From Hydrurus foetidus (Eukaryota): a DNA stretch of 39,597 bases. Positions 9,801 to 21,127 of the stretch are shown here, one piece after another. Position 1 is the first letter of the stretch. Every line of letters starts with the position of its first letter. The translations under genes and the position numbers were made by a program. The notes under the pieces are model-generated. The model made no database searches and was not told the DNA's origin. It worked only from the letters and a program-made list of their open reading frames with translations. Where the stretch lies: assembly GCA_900617105.1 (NCBI GenBank), contig UYFQ01000291.1, positions 1 through 39,597 on the forward strand, in the 5' to 3' direction.

Positions 9801-11572
9801 CAATTTGATTTGATTTGATTCAATTTGATTTGATTCAATTCGATTTGATTTGATTCAATTTGATTCAATTCAATTTGATTTGATTTGATTCAATTTGATT
9901 TGATTTGATTTTCAATTTGATTCAATTCAATTTGATTCAATTCAATTTGATTCAATTCAATTTGATTTGATTTGATTTGATTCAATTCAATTCAATTTGA
10001 TTTGATTCAATTCAATTTGATTTAATTCAATTTGATTTGATTTGATTCAATTTGATTTGATTCAATTCAATTTGATTTGATTCAATTCAATTTGATTCAA
10101 TTTGATTTGATTTGATTTGATTCAATTTGATTTGATTCAATTTGATTTGATTCAATTTGATTTGACTTGATTCAATTCAATTTGATTCAATTTGATTTGA
10201 TTTGATTCAATTTGATTTGATTCAATTTGATTTGATTCAATTCAATTTGATTCAATTTGATTTGATTCAATTTGATTCAATTTGATTTGATTCAATTCGA
10301 TTTGATTTGATTCAATTTGATTCAATTCAATTTGATTTGATTTGATTCAATTTGATTCAATTTGATTCAATTCAATTTGATTCAATTTGATTTGATTCAA
10401 TTCAATTTGATTCAATTCAATTTGATTTGATTTGATTTGATTCAATTCAATTCAATTCTATTTGATTCAATTCAATTTGATTTAATACAATTTGATTTGA
10501 TTCAATTCAATTTGATTTGATTCAATTCAATTTGATTTGATTCAATTCAATTTGATTCAATTTGATTTGATTTGATTTGATTCAATTTGATTTGATTCAA
10601 TTTGATTTGATTTGATTCAATTCAATTTGATTCAATTTGATTTGATTTGATTAAATTCAATTTGATTTGATTCAATTTGATTTGATTCAATTTGATTTGA
10701 TTCAATTTGATTTGATTTGATTTGATTCAATTCAATTTGATTCAATTCAATTTGATTCAATTTGATTCAATTCAATTTGATTCAATTCAATTTGATTTGA
10801 TTCAATAGCAACTGCAACAGCATACGCAACTAAGTTATCGATCCTAAAAAATTGTGTTGCTCTGCGCCATTTTCTACAACGCTGCAGTCTGCTCCAATCT
10901 TATTCTCTTTATCCTGTTTATTGATCTAATTACAGTATGATCACCTGGTTTGCATGTATCTCGCACGACTCTATTATTAAATATCGGTCCTGCATCCCTT
11001 AGGGGCAGTGCTATAACACTGATGTACTGTACCCCTATGAGAAATGATCTGAGAAATGATCTGTGTGGCTGATACGAATTGCATTTGCGTTTCGACGGAA
11101 ATTACCGTTCTTTGAGAAGTGAAGTCCCTCCTCATCACACTCTACAGCATACTGTTATATCATATCAGATTTTGTCCAACTCATATATGACCCACGGGAT
11201 TACTCGCAATCTTCAATGTCTACACAGTCATTCGCACCTAGCCACGTACTCTCTGTGCTGTCATCCCGACCCGAGCCCAAGCCACTCAAGATGCCTCCAC
11301 CTCCTGAGAAGCTGAGTGGCAGTGCGTTGCACTTGATGCATGCTGCAGGCGGGTACGAGCACCTCAATTACACGAGGAGGAACTGGGTGGATATTGTTGA
11401 GGACATCACCGCACACGCAGCAAGAATGGCATTGGTTCTAAAGGGGTCAAATATAGGGGGTGGGACAGGGACGGGGGTAGGGGGCGAAGGGGCGGTAGGT
11501 ACCGTACAAGAGAGTGTTGTGAGTAATGGCACAGGTGTAGACAGGGTTGCATGGCCCCTACTATGGGAATGA
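6878..11572 (+). CDS. MNAT1: CDK-activating kinase assembly factor MAT1 (TFIIH RING subunit, Tfb3 homologue); exons 6878-7042, 7154-7195, 7286-7510, 7865-7966, 8114-8182, 8799-8885, 11228-11572
   Basis: C3HC4 RING (CASC...CRHRFCDKC...CPRC) spans exons 1-2. The MAT1 core EVERDFTIRKRIKGIYNKTQDTFPSDLDYRNYEETVEDVIYNLVNNIDVE is followed by a coiled coil and the C-terminal AAGGY motif. All six introns are GT-AG and phase 0. The last acceptor is the least certain. Confidence 0.9.
8049..8107. repeat. (ACTGT)n pentanucleotide microsatellite in MAT1 intron 4
   Basis: ACCGT/ATTGT/ACTGT units directly upstream of the acceptor at 8113. Confidence 0.9.
8478..8603. repeat. Degenerate (ACTCT)n pentanucleotide microsatellite in MAT1 intron 5
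   Basis: Period-5 ACTCT/ACACT/ACTGT units. Confidence 0.85.
8921..10806. repeat. 1.9-kb mixed (TTTGA)/(TTCAA) pentamer satellite in MAT1 intron 6
   Basis: Near-uninterrupted period-5 array of two interspersed units with rare TTCGA, TTTAA and TTAAA variants; one register slip near 9911. Confidence 0.97.
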
Positions 11573-13039
11573 CATCAGAAGACACTCTGAAGTCAAAAAT
11601 GAAGGCGCAGTTGAAGTTGTATGCGAATGGCGAGCCTAATTACAACGAATTGTGATTCGTGACGTCTGCAGCACACCTCTACCTAAATGCCGACCCGGTG
11701 CTGCACTGCACCTCAGCTACACCTTGTCTTGATATCATGCAACAGTCACACACACTACAAGGAGGAGTCCTCTACGGAGACAGAGGCAGCACTGCAGTCA
11801 GCTCAGATCAACTGATCTTGTCTGCATCACAATAATAAAAAATTGAGCTGGCAGCGCACAGCTGTTGCTCCATACGTTGTCTGCGCTTGTCTACTCCAAG
11901 AGGAACAGATGGATGTGATATGATGCAGTACAGTGCAAGAGTGCGAAGCAAAGCGAAGTACACAGCAGTGCATCCATGCTTACACAGCCAGTGCCCTTCA
12001 GTGCCGCCTGCTGTCCTTCATCCACTGTCACTCTCTCCACTGCATACTGCCGAATACCTTATGAAGCCAAATCAAATCCCTTATGTCGCATTGAGCTATC
12101 AATGCTCCAGACATCTGATGTCTCCCAACAGTTTGGCCGGATCTTACCGGATTAGACTGGATATTTGGTAGGGCAAAGAGATTACGGACATGCTCAAGAG
12201 ACGACTGAATATTAATAACGTATTAATTAATTGAAATATTGATCACTCTTGTCCCAGACTAATCAAACCCGTGTAATCGTATTCAGCCGGAATACGAACA
12301 ACTTCTTAATTGCATTAGATTACTGGCCCGTACTATCCTAGGGAAGGAGTATGTGACTATTTCCTATTTCTACCTCTACTCGATGAAAAGCGCCACGACT
12401 TCTCTCCTCACTTTGAATCTATCTCTCATGACTTGAATGGGAGTGAGTCTGTTCTACTATTCCCGATATGCTCGCCTGCCACCTCTTCATTCACTCTCTT
12501 CCCTTGCTTTGTTCTCTACACTATCTCAACCTCCATGTATGAATTGAGACTTGAAGAACGATTCTTTGGAATGCATGTCATTGCGTTCTTTCAAAGTTAA
12601 TTAATCAGTTAAGTTGAGAGGAGACGTCTCATTTGATAATTGGAATTCAATTGTGACAAACAAAAAGAAAATTTGGGATGAAATACAGAATGGATGGAGA
12701 AAATGTGGAGAAGACATTAATTGTATTGGCCCCGTACACTATACGAATGCGCGCTGCATAATACGGTCTACTATGAGGATAAAGTACTAACCTCTCATAA
12801 TGTAGCAATGATGAAACTAAACGTGAACAGGTAAGAGAAATTACATGAAATAGAAACAGAATATCAAATTCTGAAAACCAGAAGAGACCAGTCTTGTCGA
12901 TATGTCTGTCCTATTCTCTTGTGCTCCTTTACATCCTTCCTTAATGTGCTACCCATATAACGGATTTCAGTGAGCGATAGACTAGACGGGTCAAGAAAGT
13001 GGCGGGGGGTATTCGCGCTGGTAGACAGCCCCGTGACAC

Positions 13040-13250
13040 GTGTCTGATCCAGTACACACAGCTGCAGTCCGCTGTGCGCTACTCTGCATCATACTGCACT
13101 GTACTGTGTTGCGCTGTACGTTACTGCACTGTACAGTACTGTACGGTGTACCCTACTGTACTGTAATGTGTAATGCATCGTACTGTACTGCACTGTACGG
13201 TACTGCACTATACCGTACTGCACTATACTGTACTGTGATGCGCAGTACCA
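13040..13250. repeat. Degenerate (ACTGT/ACTGC)n microsatellite downstream of the VPS9-RCC1 gene
   Basis: Period-5 units ACTGT, ACTGC, ACGGT, ACCGT, ACTAT. Confidence 0.8.
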
Positions 13251-13341
13251 TATTGGACTACATTCCAGAAGAACATAGCAGTACATGCTGTGCGCTGTGA
13301 TGAATTGCATCAAATCATATCGTATTGTTTTTTCGCTCAAT

Positions 13342-16300
13342 CTAGGTTATCACGAGAGTGAAGTTCCCTCCGCTGTACACCTGCAAGAATTGAGTTGAAA
13401 ATAAAAAGAGCTGTTGAGCAGAGAAAACATCACAATAAGATGAGCACTCTGATGATGACTGCGAGTACGATTTGTGACGATCGAGGAAGACATATAAAAT
13501 ATAGCGCATGAGCATATGCTCTTGATACACTTCATTTCCACGCGCTCAATAGGATAACACTCTAACAAATTCAAGCGATAGAGTCAGTGCATTTCATGTC
13601 GGAATATCACTATCGATGTAAATTGTCAAATATGACGAAAATGGAGCTATTGTGCATGTGAAAGGAGGGGTCGGGGTCAGGATTTTGAGCAAAAACCATC
13701 TGTACTTGCTTCATTTTCATTCCATTTACTATAGCAATAACTATTAAGTGTCGCCCATTTAATGTCTCATGCAGTCACCTGGAGGGGTGATCCCTTTAGG
13801 GACACAGTGGCATCACTCTTGTAGGGCCCACCGGTTAGTTGGGAGAGGGAGCCCCATGTGTAGAGGCGATCTGTGTGGGTGAGTGCTGCTGTGTGGAAGT
13901 CACCACAACTCACACTCTTGACTGGTATCGTTAATACCCTACTGCTTTCCCTCTCCTCCTCCTTCTTCTCCCTCTCAACCTCTTCCTCCTCCTTTTCCTC
14001 ACCTGTCTCCCTATCCTCCTTCTTCTCCTCCTTCTTCTCTCTCCTCTTCACCTCCTCATATCCATCTTGCGAGCTATCTTGACAGACGTCACTGATCTCT
14101 TCTTGCTCTTCACTGGTCAACTCATCAAAAGATTGGGCGCAAGAAGAAAGACTACTTGCCTTCCCTTTAGGGACTGGAATCAAGGGTCCTGGTTCCTCAC
14201 TGGGCTGCTCGTAGACTGGAACTGGCAGAGGGCAAAGAATTGACAGTCTGAGAAGGGAAGGATAGAGACGGTAAATGAACTAGATGTGAGAATTAGTTGA
14301 GGTGGTATGTGCTTGAAGTGCGTGATAAGATGATATGACAAGATATCAAGCAGTGGGAAGTGCATTGTGGATGGAAAGTGTCAATAGATAGCGATGTATG
14401 GCATGTTGATTTCAAAAATCAAAAATGCAGTTTCTTGTGACTAGACAACAGCGCATGCACTAGTCACTCCGTCATGCGCATCTGAACTGCATTGCTGTAG
14501 TACACTGCCCTAAATCATACAACATGAAAAAAGCTCATTCCTTGTTTGCTATGAACTGATTAGACATCCTAATTCTACAGAATGTGCCTATATTTGACCT
14601 AATTTAACTAAATAATGACACAAATAAATCTAACCTTGAATTCTTGTCTGTCACATTTGGTTCATGTACCCCAGGGTTTTTAGAAATGGGCACCACCTGT
14701 CCGGAGGAATTCAGACCGCATCCGAAGAGTAGACCGGATTCTGACAGAAACATGGAGTGTGCGGCACCAGCCGATGCTGATACGACACACACACCGCTCA
14801 TCGTCAACACCTGCACCTAAGATTTAAATGAGAAATATCGCATTTAAAGTGAGTACATGTATGATGCATGACCTGCACTGAGGTGCCACCACACACTGCT
14901 TAATAATTGACACTTTGCATCCATAGTGCACTTCCCACTGCTTGATATCATGTCATCACATAGTCCACTTCCCACTGCTTGATATCATGTCATCACATAG
15001 TCCACTTCCCACTGCTTGATATCATGTCATCACATAGTCCACTTCCCACTGCTTGATATCATGTCATCACATAGTCCACTTCCCACTGCTTGATATCATG
15101 TCATCACATAGTCCACTTCCCACTGCTTGATATCATGTCATCACATAGTCCACTTCCCACTGCTTGATATCATGTCATCACATAGTGCACTTCCCACTGC
15201 TTGATATCATGTCATCACATAGTCCACTTCCCACTGCTTGATATCATGTCATCACATAGTCCACTTCCCACTGCTTGATATCATGTCATCACATAGTCCA
15301 CTTCCCACTGCTTGATATCATGTCATCACATAGTCCACTTCCCACTGCTTGACATCATGTCATCACATAGTCCACTTCCCACTGCTTGATATCTTGTCAT
15401 AACCTCTCATCACACACTACAAACACATACCATTTAAACCAATTCTCACATCTATCTTCTCATTTACCCTTCCTACGATATTGGAGACAGTCATCCCCAT
15501 CAATCATACATACATACAACTGTACTTACACCCTGCCCTCAAGGCTCTGTTATCTAATCTATAATGATTTAGTGTAATGCTGGACCCATACTGCCTCACA
15601 GCAAAAAACGACAGTACACAGACACGTTTTCTACTTCATTTTCACAAATTATATTCATCGAAAGAAAATGTGTGTTTGCATATTGATGTTTCCTTGTTGT
15701 TTCACGCTGTGTGGTGGTCTGCAATAAAATCAAAAGATCATTTATAAAACACGAATTTCGATTTCTCTCACCTGTCTAGGGAGGTACTCATCACAATGTG
15801 ACCCATGTCCCAACCGTCCATGCGTCCCACACCCCCAAGAGAAAACTCCTCCGTCAGCAGTCACCGCTAGAGAGTGAGAGAACCCAGCAGATACACATAT
15901 TACGCGGTGTAGTGAGGAGGGCTGCGGGGTAGGAGGGAAGGAGTCGTAGGCATCCGTATGTGGCCGCATTAGCTGCAATGGTGATGTCAGTGATGGGGAT
16001 AGAATGGGAGTGGGTGTTGTTCCTTTTTGGATCTGATCTTGTGACCCTCCAGCCAAAATTTGATTACCCAGCGATACATAAGTAGAGGAAGAGAAAGATG
16101 AGGAGGTTGTTGGTTTTGACACATTCTTCTCTCTACCCTCTTGAACAGTTTCTACATCTGAACCAGTGCTTGATGACTGTGTGTCTGTATTCTCACCGTT
16201 GGAGAAGGAGTAATAATTTTCCACCTTCCCAGCCAACAAATCCAATGACATGGCACCGGATGGGGACAGAGGAGAAAGGTCAAAATCATCGACTCTCCAA

Positions 16301-19300
16301 GTGCTACGCACTACACCTGGTCTCCCCACTGCATTGTCGGGTATTGACATTTTATCCGGTACTTGCCCCAGTCTTCCATTAGCTGCTCTGCCCCAGGAAT
16401 AGACCTGACCGGTATCTGTTAAACAGAGGGAGTGCAGTGCACCACATGACACTGAAGTGACCTTCACATGCCTCATGCTCTCTACGAGGACCGGTCTACA
16501 CGCCATAGCAGTGCTCAATTCTGCGATGATAGTAGTAGGCACTAGTGGGGACGATGTACTGCCACTTGGGATGGATCCTAGACCTCCCATTCCAGAACTT
16601 GACGATGAACTTGAAGATGAGTTGATTCCAGATGGCACAGGGGAGGTACCTCTCGGTGATTGATGTCTTAGAGTAGCAGTAGTGATGTGTGTAGAAGTAC
16701 TACAAGTAGATGTATTTGCAGTGACGTATGAGAGTGTCTGAGGACCATAGTCTGTGTCGGACCTTGGACCATTGATTCCAGAACTAGAATATGAACATGA
16801 TACGCCCAATTGTGCACATCGATTGTCACCCCATGAAAAAACTTCCCCTTCTTCTGTTACCGCTACCATGTGGGACTTACCACAAGCCACTTGTACGAAT
16901 TTAGTGCCCTCTAAGAAACCCGTTCCGTCCACCTCACGGGGGGTAAGAACGGGGGTAAATGAATCGAACTCTGCTGCAGGCCCTGATAGTGTTGTTTAAT
17001 GTTCAAAAGAGGTTATTTGGAGTTCAATACATTTGATAGTGAAGGTTTTTGGGGACATTTAAGCACTAGAAGGAATGTTCGTAACCAGTGATGTATTTGG
17101 TATGACATTAGTATAATACCTGATAAATCATTAGTGATGGATACTTGACGTGTGACAATAAAAATATACGGGACAAAACCATAAGAGTGTAAAATCATCA
17201 CATTATAGCAAGGGTCGTATTTAACTCATTTATCTTGTTTAATCGGGTACCAGCACCCCACACAACAACCCACAGCATTTTTCATGACTGAAAACAAAAA
17301 AATTCCCCAGGGGATCGCCCGGCATGAAAAATGCTGTGGGTCGTTGTGTGGGGTGCTGGTACCCGATTAAAATGACAATTGTGTTAAATACAACCCTTGC
17401 TATCTCATTACCGGTATCTCAGAATGCAGAACGATCCCTAGGGTGTCACTGTATGGCAGAATATTGACGGAGTCTACGGTGTGTATTTCCTTCACGTTCA
17501 GATGCGAAGGAAGAAGTGACACACAGCACATATGACACGACATAGCAAGAAGTAAAATGATACGAATTGAGATAAAAATAACGTAAAATGATATGAATTG
17601 ACATCACAGAAATGACAGGAAGTACCGTAATATGACGCGATGCCACAGTTCACCGGTTCAATAGAGTTTGAAGACAAAATTTGAATATGAGATATTTCCC
17701 CATTTTCAATTAATTCTATCTAACTTCGTTTTTACATCTATAGAATGGAGCAAAATAACGCACAGCACGTACAATAACGTACAGTAAGAGCAATAACGTA
17801 CAGCACGTACAATGTGACAGTAAGTACAGGGACGTACCTCTGCCTAACCGACCCCCTTCAGGAGTCCCCCAAGTCAGCACTCTTCCGTCTTCACTTATAG
17901 CAGCGAATACATCCACTGCAGCGGCTGCCTTGATGACAGCACCGGATTTGTTCGTTCTTAGTGATGGGATAGAAGTTGTGCGGGGAAGTCCTCTCAAAGC
18001 ACAGCTGTCCGGTCCTATCAAGTTCAATGTGTTTCCTACTATCCTACCAGCAGTCTCGCATTTCTTGTTCGTCACTTTGACAGAGGTGATGTCAGGGGAG
18101 ACGAGAGGGACTTTTTGTTCGATTCCTTCTTTTTGCTCGGATTCTATTTCTATTTTTTTCTGTGTCCCTGTAGGATGCAATTCATCATCCTCAACCTTCC
18201 CAATCCAATTAACAGAAGATCGGTTACACAGCATCCGATAGTCTTTGTTAACTTCTCGAATCCAGTCCAAGTTCCTCTCCGCTGACACCACACAAACACT
18301 CTGAAAAAATTCCAGTCCAAATGTCTTGGGATCGGTACGTACTTCTAATGGAGATATTTCATTAATCCCTTTAGGGGGTGGAATTGAATCTGTCAGAAGG
18401 TCTCCGATCTTGATTTTTGTGTTGCTGTGAGTTTTTGCGTGAGTGTTAAACTGAGTGTATGTCAGCGTGGATGATGACGCGGTTTCGTCTATTACACCTT
18501 CTGTTGATCCGATGTTGCTCTTCGACTCAATAGCAGATTGTGGTGAGCTGCGCTGCAGTGGGGGTGTTAGTCTTACACTTGTAGGCACAACATCATCAAC
18601 CTCGATCTGCTCCTTCTCTGTAGTTACATCATCATCAGATGAGGTTGATTTAATTGTTTTCTTTCTGATATTGAATGCCTCCGCTCGTGTGGTAAACCAG
18701 TCTACAGCTACTTGAAAATGACACAGTGTAAATCCCGATTCCGATGTTGAAGAAGCGTTAAAATGGTAATTCGCAATATAACTGATATCCGCGAGAAACG
18801 TTTTATCTTGTGTAATGTGATGTTCTGATTTCTCATTTAAGATATTTTGGGAAGATCTGGGGTGCAAGGAGAATTGGAGTTGAAGTTGAAGTAGACACCA
18901 TATGATGAGAAGAACAATATCGTCTGTAGCCAGCTCAGTGTCATCTGATGAGAACTTTCTTTCGACGTTTCTATCAACTCTTTTTCTGATGTGTCGCACT
19001 ACTCTGTTGAGTACGAGTAGTTTGTCAACAGGAGTGTCTGCTAATTGAAGTGTTCTCAATTCTTTTATAGCCTCCGCTTGAATGCTCTGTAACTCTGACG
19101 ATATTCCTAAGTCCGATTGGGTGTGATAGCGCAGAGTCTCCATGTAATTGTAGATTCTGGTGTCTTGATATGCTCTGCATGCACACATCCAGGGATAGAC
19201 TACATCAGCAACGTGATGCATAAGATAAGACTCGAGCACTTGTCCTATTAGTTGTTTCGAGCTGTGAGAAGAACTGCCTATAGTCGCTGTCAGTGCACTG

Positions 19301-19944
19301 CATCGGCACAATCTATCTGTAGCTCTCTGCCACCGCAATTGAAGTGAGACTGCAAGGGAAGGCTGAATCCGTGAAAGTCCATCTGGCGACTGAGCTCCTA
19401 GATAGTTTATTTCCTTAATGTATTCGTCCAACGCAACGAAAGTCCCCTCTGTTTCGGGAAAGGATCGCAATATAGTCATGTATCTGAACACAGTCTGCAA
19501 GCTCATCTCGTCAGACCCTTCTACTGCCCCGATTCCACCGACCAGGGGACGACTGATGCGGAACAAGGACGCCGTCCTCCCATTTGAATCCGAGATTTGA
19601 CTTACTGATAATATTCGAACTTCCCTCGGTTCGACGAAACCCGAGCCGCATGCTAATTCGCTGCCGAGCAAGTAGACATTCTCTCCTCGAAGTGTCTTGA
19701 ACTCCCCACCAACTCTTTGATGAATAAGTACGTGCGATAAAAGCTGATATTTCGTTATCTCATCTTTCAGCGAGCCCGACACTGGACAGCAAAGAACTTT
19801 GGAGTCCGTAAAAAGGTCGCTCCAAAGCTCAGGATATAGCTTTAGCGCCTCTATGAAGGAATCATCGCTACCTGTAATTCTACTTTTTGAGCTCCAGTTC
19901 CACGGGTTCAAGATATCGAGAAACCCAGAAGAGGAGGACGACAT
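13342..19944 (-). CDS. VARP/ANKRD27-like N-terminus + VPS9 (Rab5-family GEF) domain + RCC1-repeat protein, about 1335 aa; exons 19944-17838, 16982-15772, 14816-14635, 14247-13779, 13380-13342
   Basis: The N-terminal F..AL...P.L...P..GSL...F.TL.G..V...G.GF...V.IL pattern resembles the VARP N-terminus. VPS9 motifs are TPVDKLLVL, LATDDIVLLIIW and SESGFTLCHFQVAVDW. RCC1 repeats include VACGKSHMVAVTEEGEVFSWG, VSCGALHSLCLTDTGQVYSWG, VSAGFSHSLAVTADGGVFSWG, SAGAAHSMFLSESGLLFGCG and VSCGDFHTAALTHTDRLYTWG. Splice phases (1,0,2,0) give a 4008-nt open frame. Confidence 0.85.
14270..14385. repeat. About 115-bp intronic element (intron 3), inverted homologue of 14906-15468
   Basis: Its reverse complement reads ATTGACACTTTCCATCCACAATGCACTTCCCACTGCTTGATATCTTGTCAT...CACATACCA...AATTCTCACATCTA...TCATTTACC, matching both flanks and one unit of the 37-bp array. 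Confidence 0.85.
14922..15400. repeat. 37-bp minisatellite, about 13 near-identical copies, in intron 2 of the VPS9-RCC1 gene
   Basis: Unit CATAGTCCACTTCCCACTGCTTGATATCATGTCATCA, head-to-tail with no spacers. Confidence 0.97.
17208..17400. mobile_element. MITE / fold-back element (193 bp; about 79-bp inverted arms; TA flanks) in intron 1 of the VPS9-RCC1 gene
   Basis: Arms 17208-17286 and 17323-17400 are reverse complements (GCAAGGGTYGTATTTAAC...TTTAATCGGGTACCAGCACCCCACACAACRACCCACAGCATTTTTCATG) around a 36-bp loop; TA at 17206-07 and 17401-02. Confidence 0.8.
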
Positions 19945-21127
19945 ATAAAGTAAGGAGCTATATGACCTTGCCCCTCATCAAAAGCCCCATGCGCAATTGT
20001 TTCTACACGCTGCTCTCCACTCTCTTAAAACTTCGAGAGGCACTTTACAGTTGAGACGGCATTTTGCTCTCAGGAAGTAGTCAGTCCGCAGTCTGCTCTT
20101 TTAACAGCTTTACAGTTACAGCCGTATACCGTCTACCGTGTTTCCGGTGTTTTGTTTCCTTCACATCCAGAGGTTCTATAGGTATCGATGAGATGCTGAT
20201 GCAAATGCCATCTCTATCAGTATGGCCCGTATCTTATGAACACTGCATGAGATTTGATTTTACAGAAAAGTTGTTAACAGCGCGTGGCGGATGTGGTCAT
20301 ATTTGTCCCGGATAATATTCATCGCAACAGCTTGGATTGTTGTATAATATGAAGCCCAAGTTTTCACCTGCCTACGCGACCTCAAGCGTGACGAAGTATC
20401 CGCAAAATTGATGTTAGAGGACAGACTGCTACATTATCCCATGAATGACGAGACCATATCTTCCTTTTCATTGCACAGTCGAATCAAGTGGCCTCGATTT
20501 CATATCAATCATTACACCATATCATATCGAAAGAGTCGCAGCTATAGCTGCAAGAGCAGCAATTCTAAATTGAAGAAGACTTTGCTAGGGCTCGATGCGG
20601 ACAAGTCCTACACTAGGTGGTAAGTGATAAGCGATCATGAAGTATCACAGGTCTCATCCTCTTAAAAAAGAAGATGGAAGGGAGTGGAGTCATGCAAAGT
20701 AGTGACGTGACGCCTTATTTACATGTCAAGAATCGCCTTCAATTATACTGGTCAAAATTGCGCAGGTGATGTCGCTCAGAGTGGTGACGTCTGCGCTATG
20801 CTGGCTGCGCTGTACGTACGTGTGCAGAACGATGAGATGTGATGTGAAGTGATGCCTGAGAGCTGAACTACCGAATCAATCTAACTCTCTGAGACCACAT
20901 GAAGATGGGTCAGACAGACAGACAGCATATCCAAGCATGAATGTGCACTGTGACTCGGAGTTATGTAGCATGATATCACTTGGCTGATGATCTCGTCCCC
21001 TCCCGACAGCTCCTGAGCAATGATGGTGTTCCAACAAAATTGGTAATACTAGTGAACAGAAACTTCTTTGAATAGGCTGAGGCGTGGTGTGGCACGTACG
21101 TACTTTTCCTTCTGTGCATCTCCCACA

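Noticed and set aside
8921..10806. Telomeric or interstitial telomere repeat
   Set aside because: No G-rich TTAGGG-like unit; the array is an intronic AT-rich pentamer.
12130..12750. Short hairpin (about 12277-12297) and GGCCC(C)GTAC motifs resembling Harbinger termini
   Set aside because: No matching inverted terminus or TSD found.
14922..15400. CRISPR-like 37-bp repeats
   Set aside because: Units are head-to-tail with no spacers, lie in a spliceosomal intron, and have no cas genes nearby.
17412..17473. Possible extra exon in intron 1 of the VPS9-RCC1 gene
   Set aside because: Exon 1 splices directly to 16982 in phase 1 and gives a continuous RCC1 repeat; the candidate's phases do not fit.
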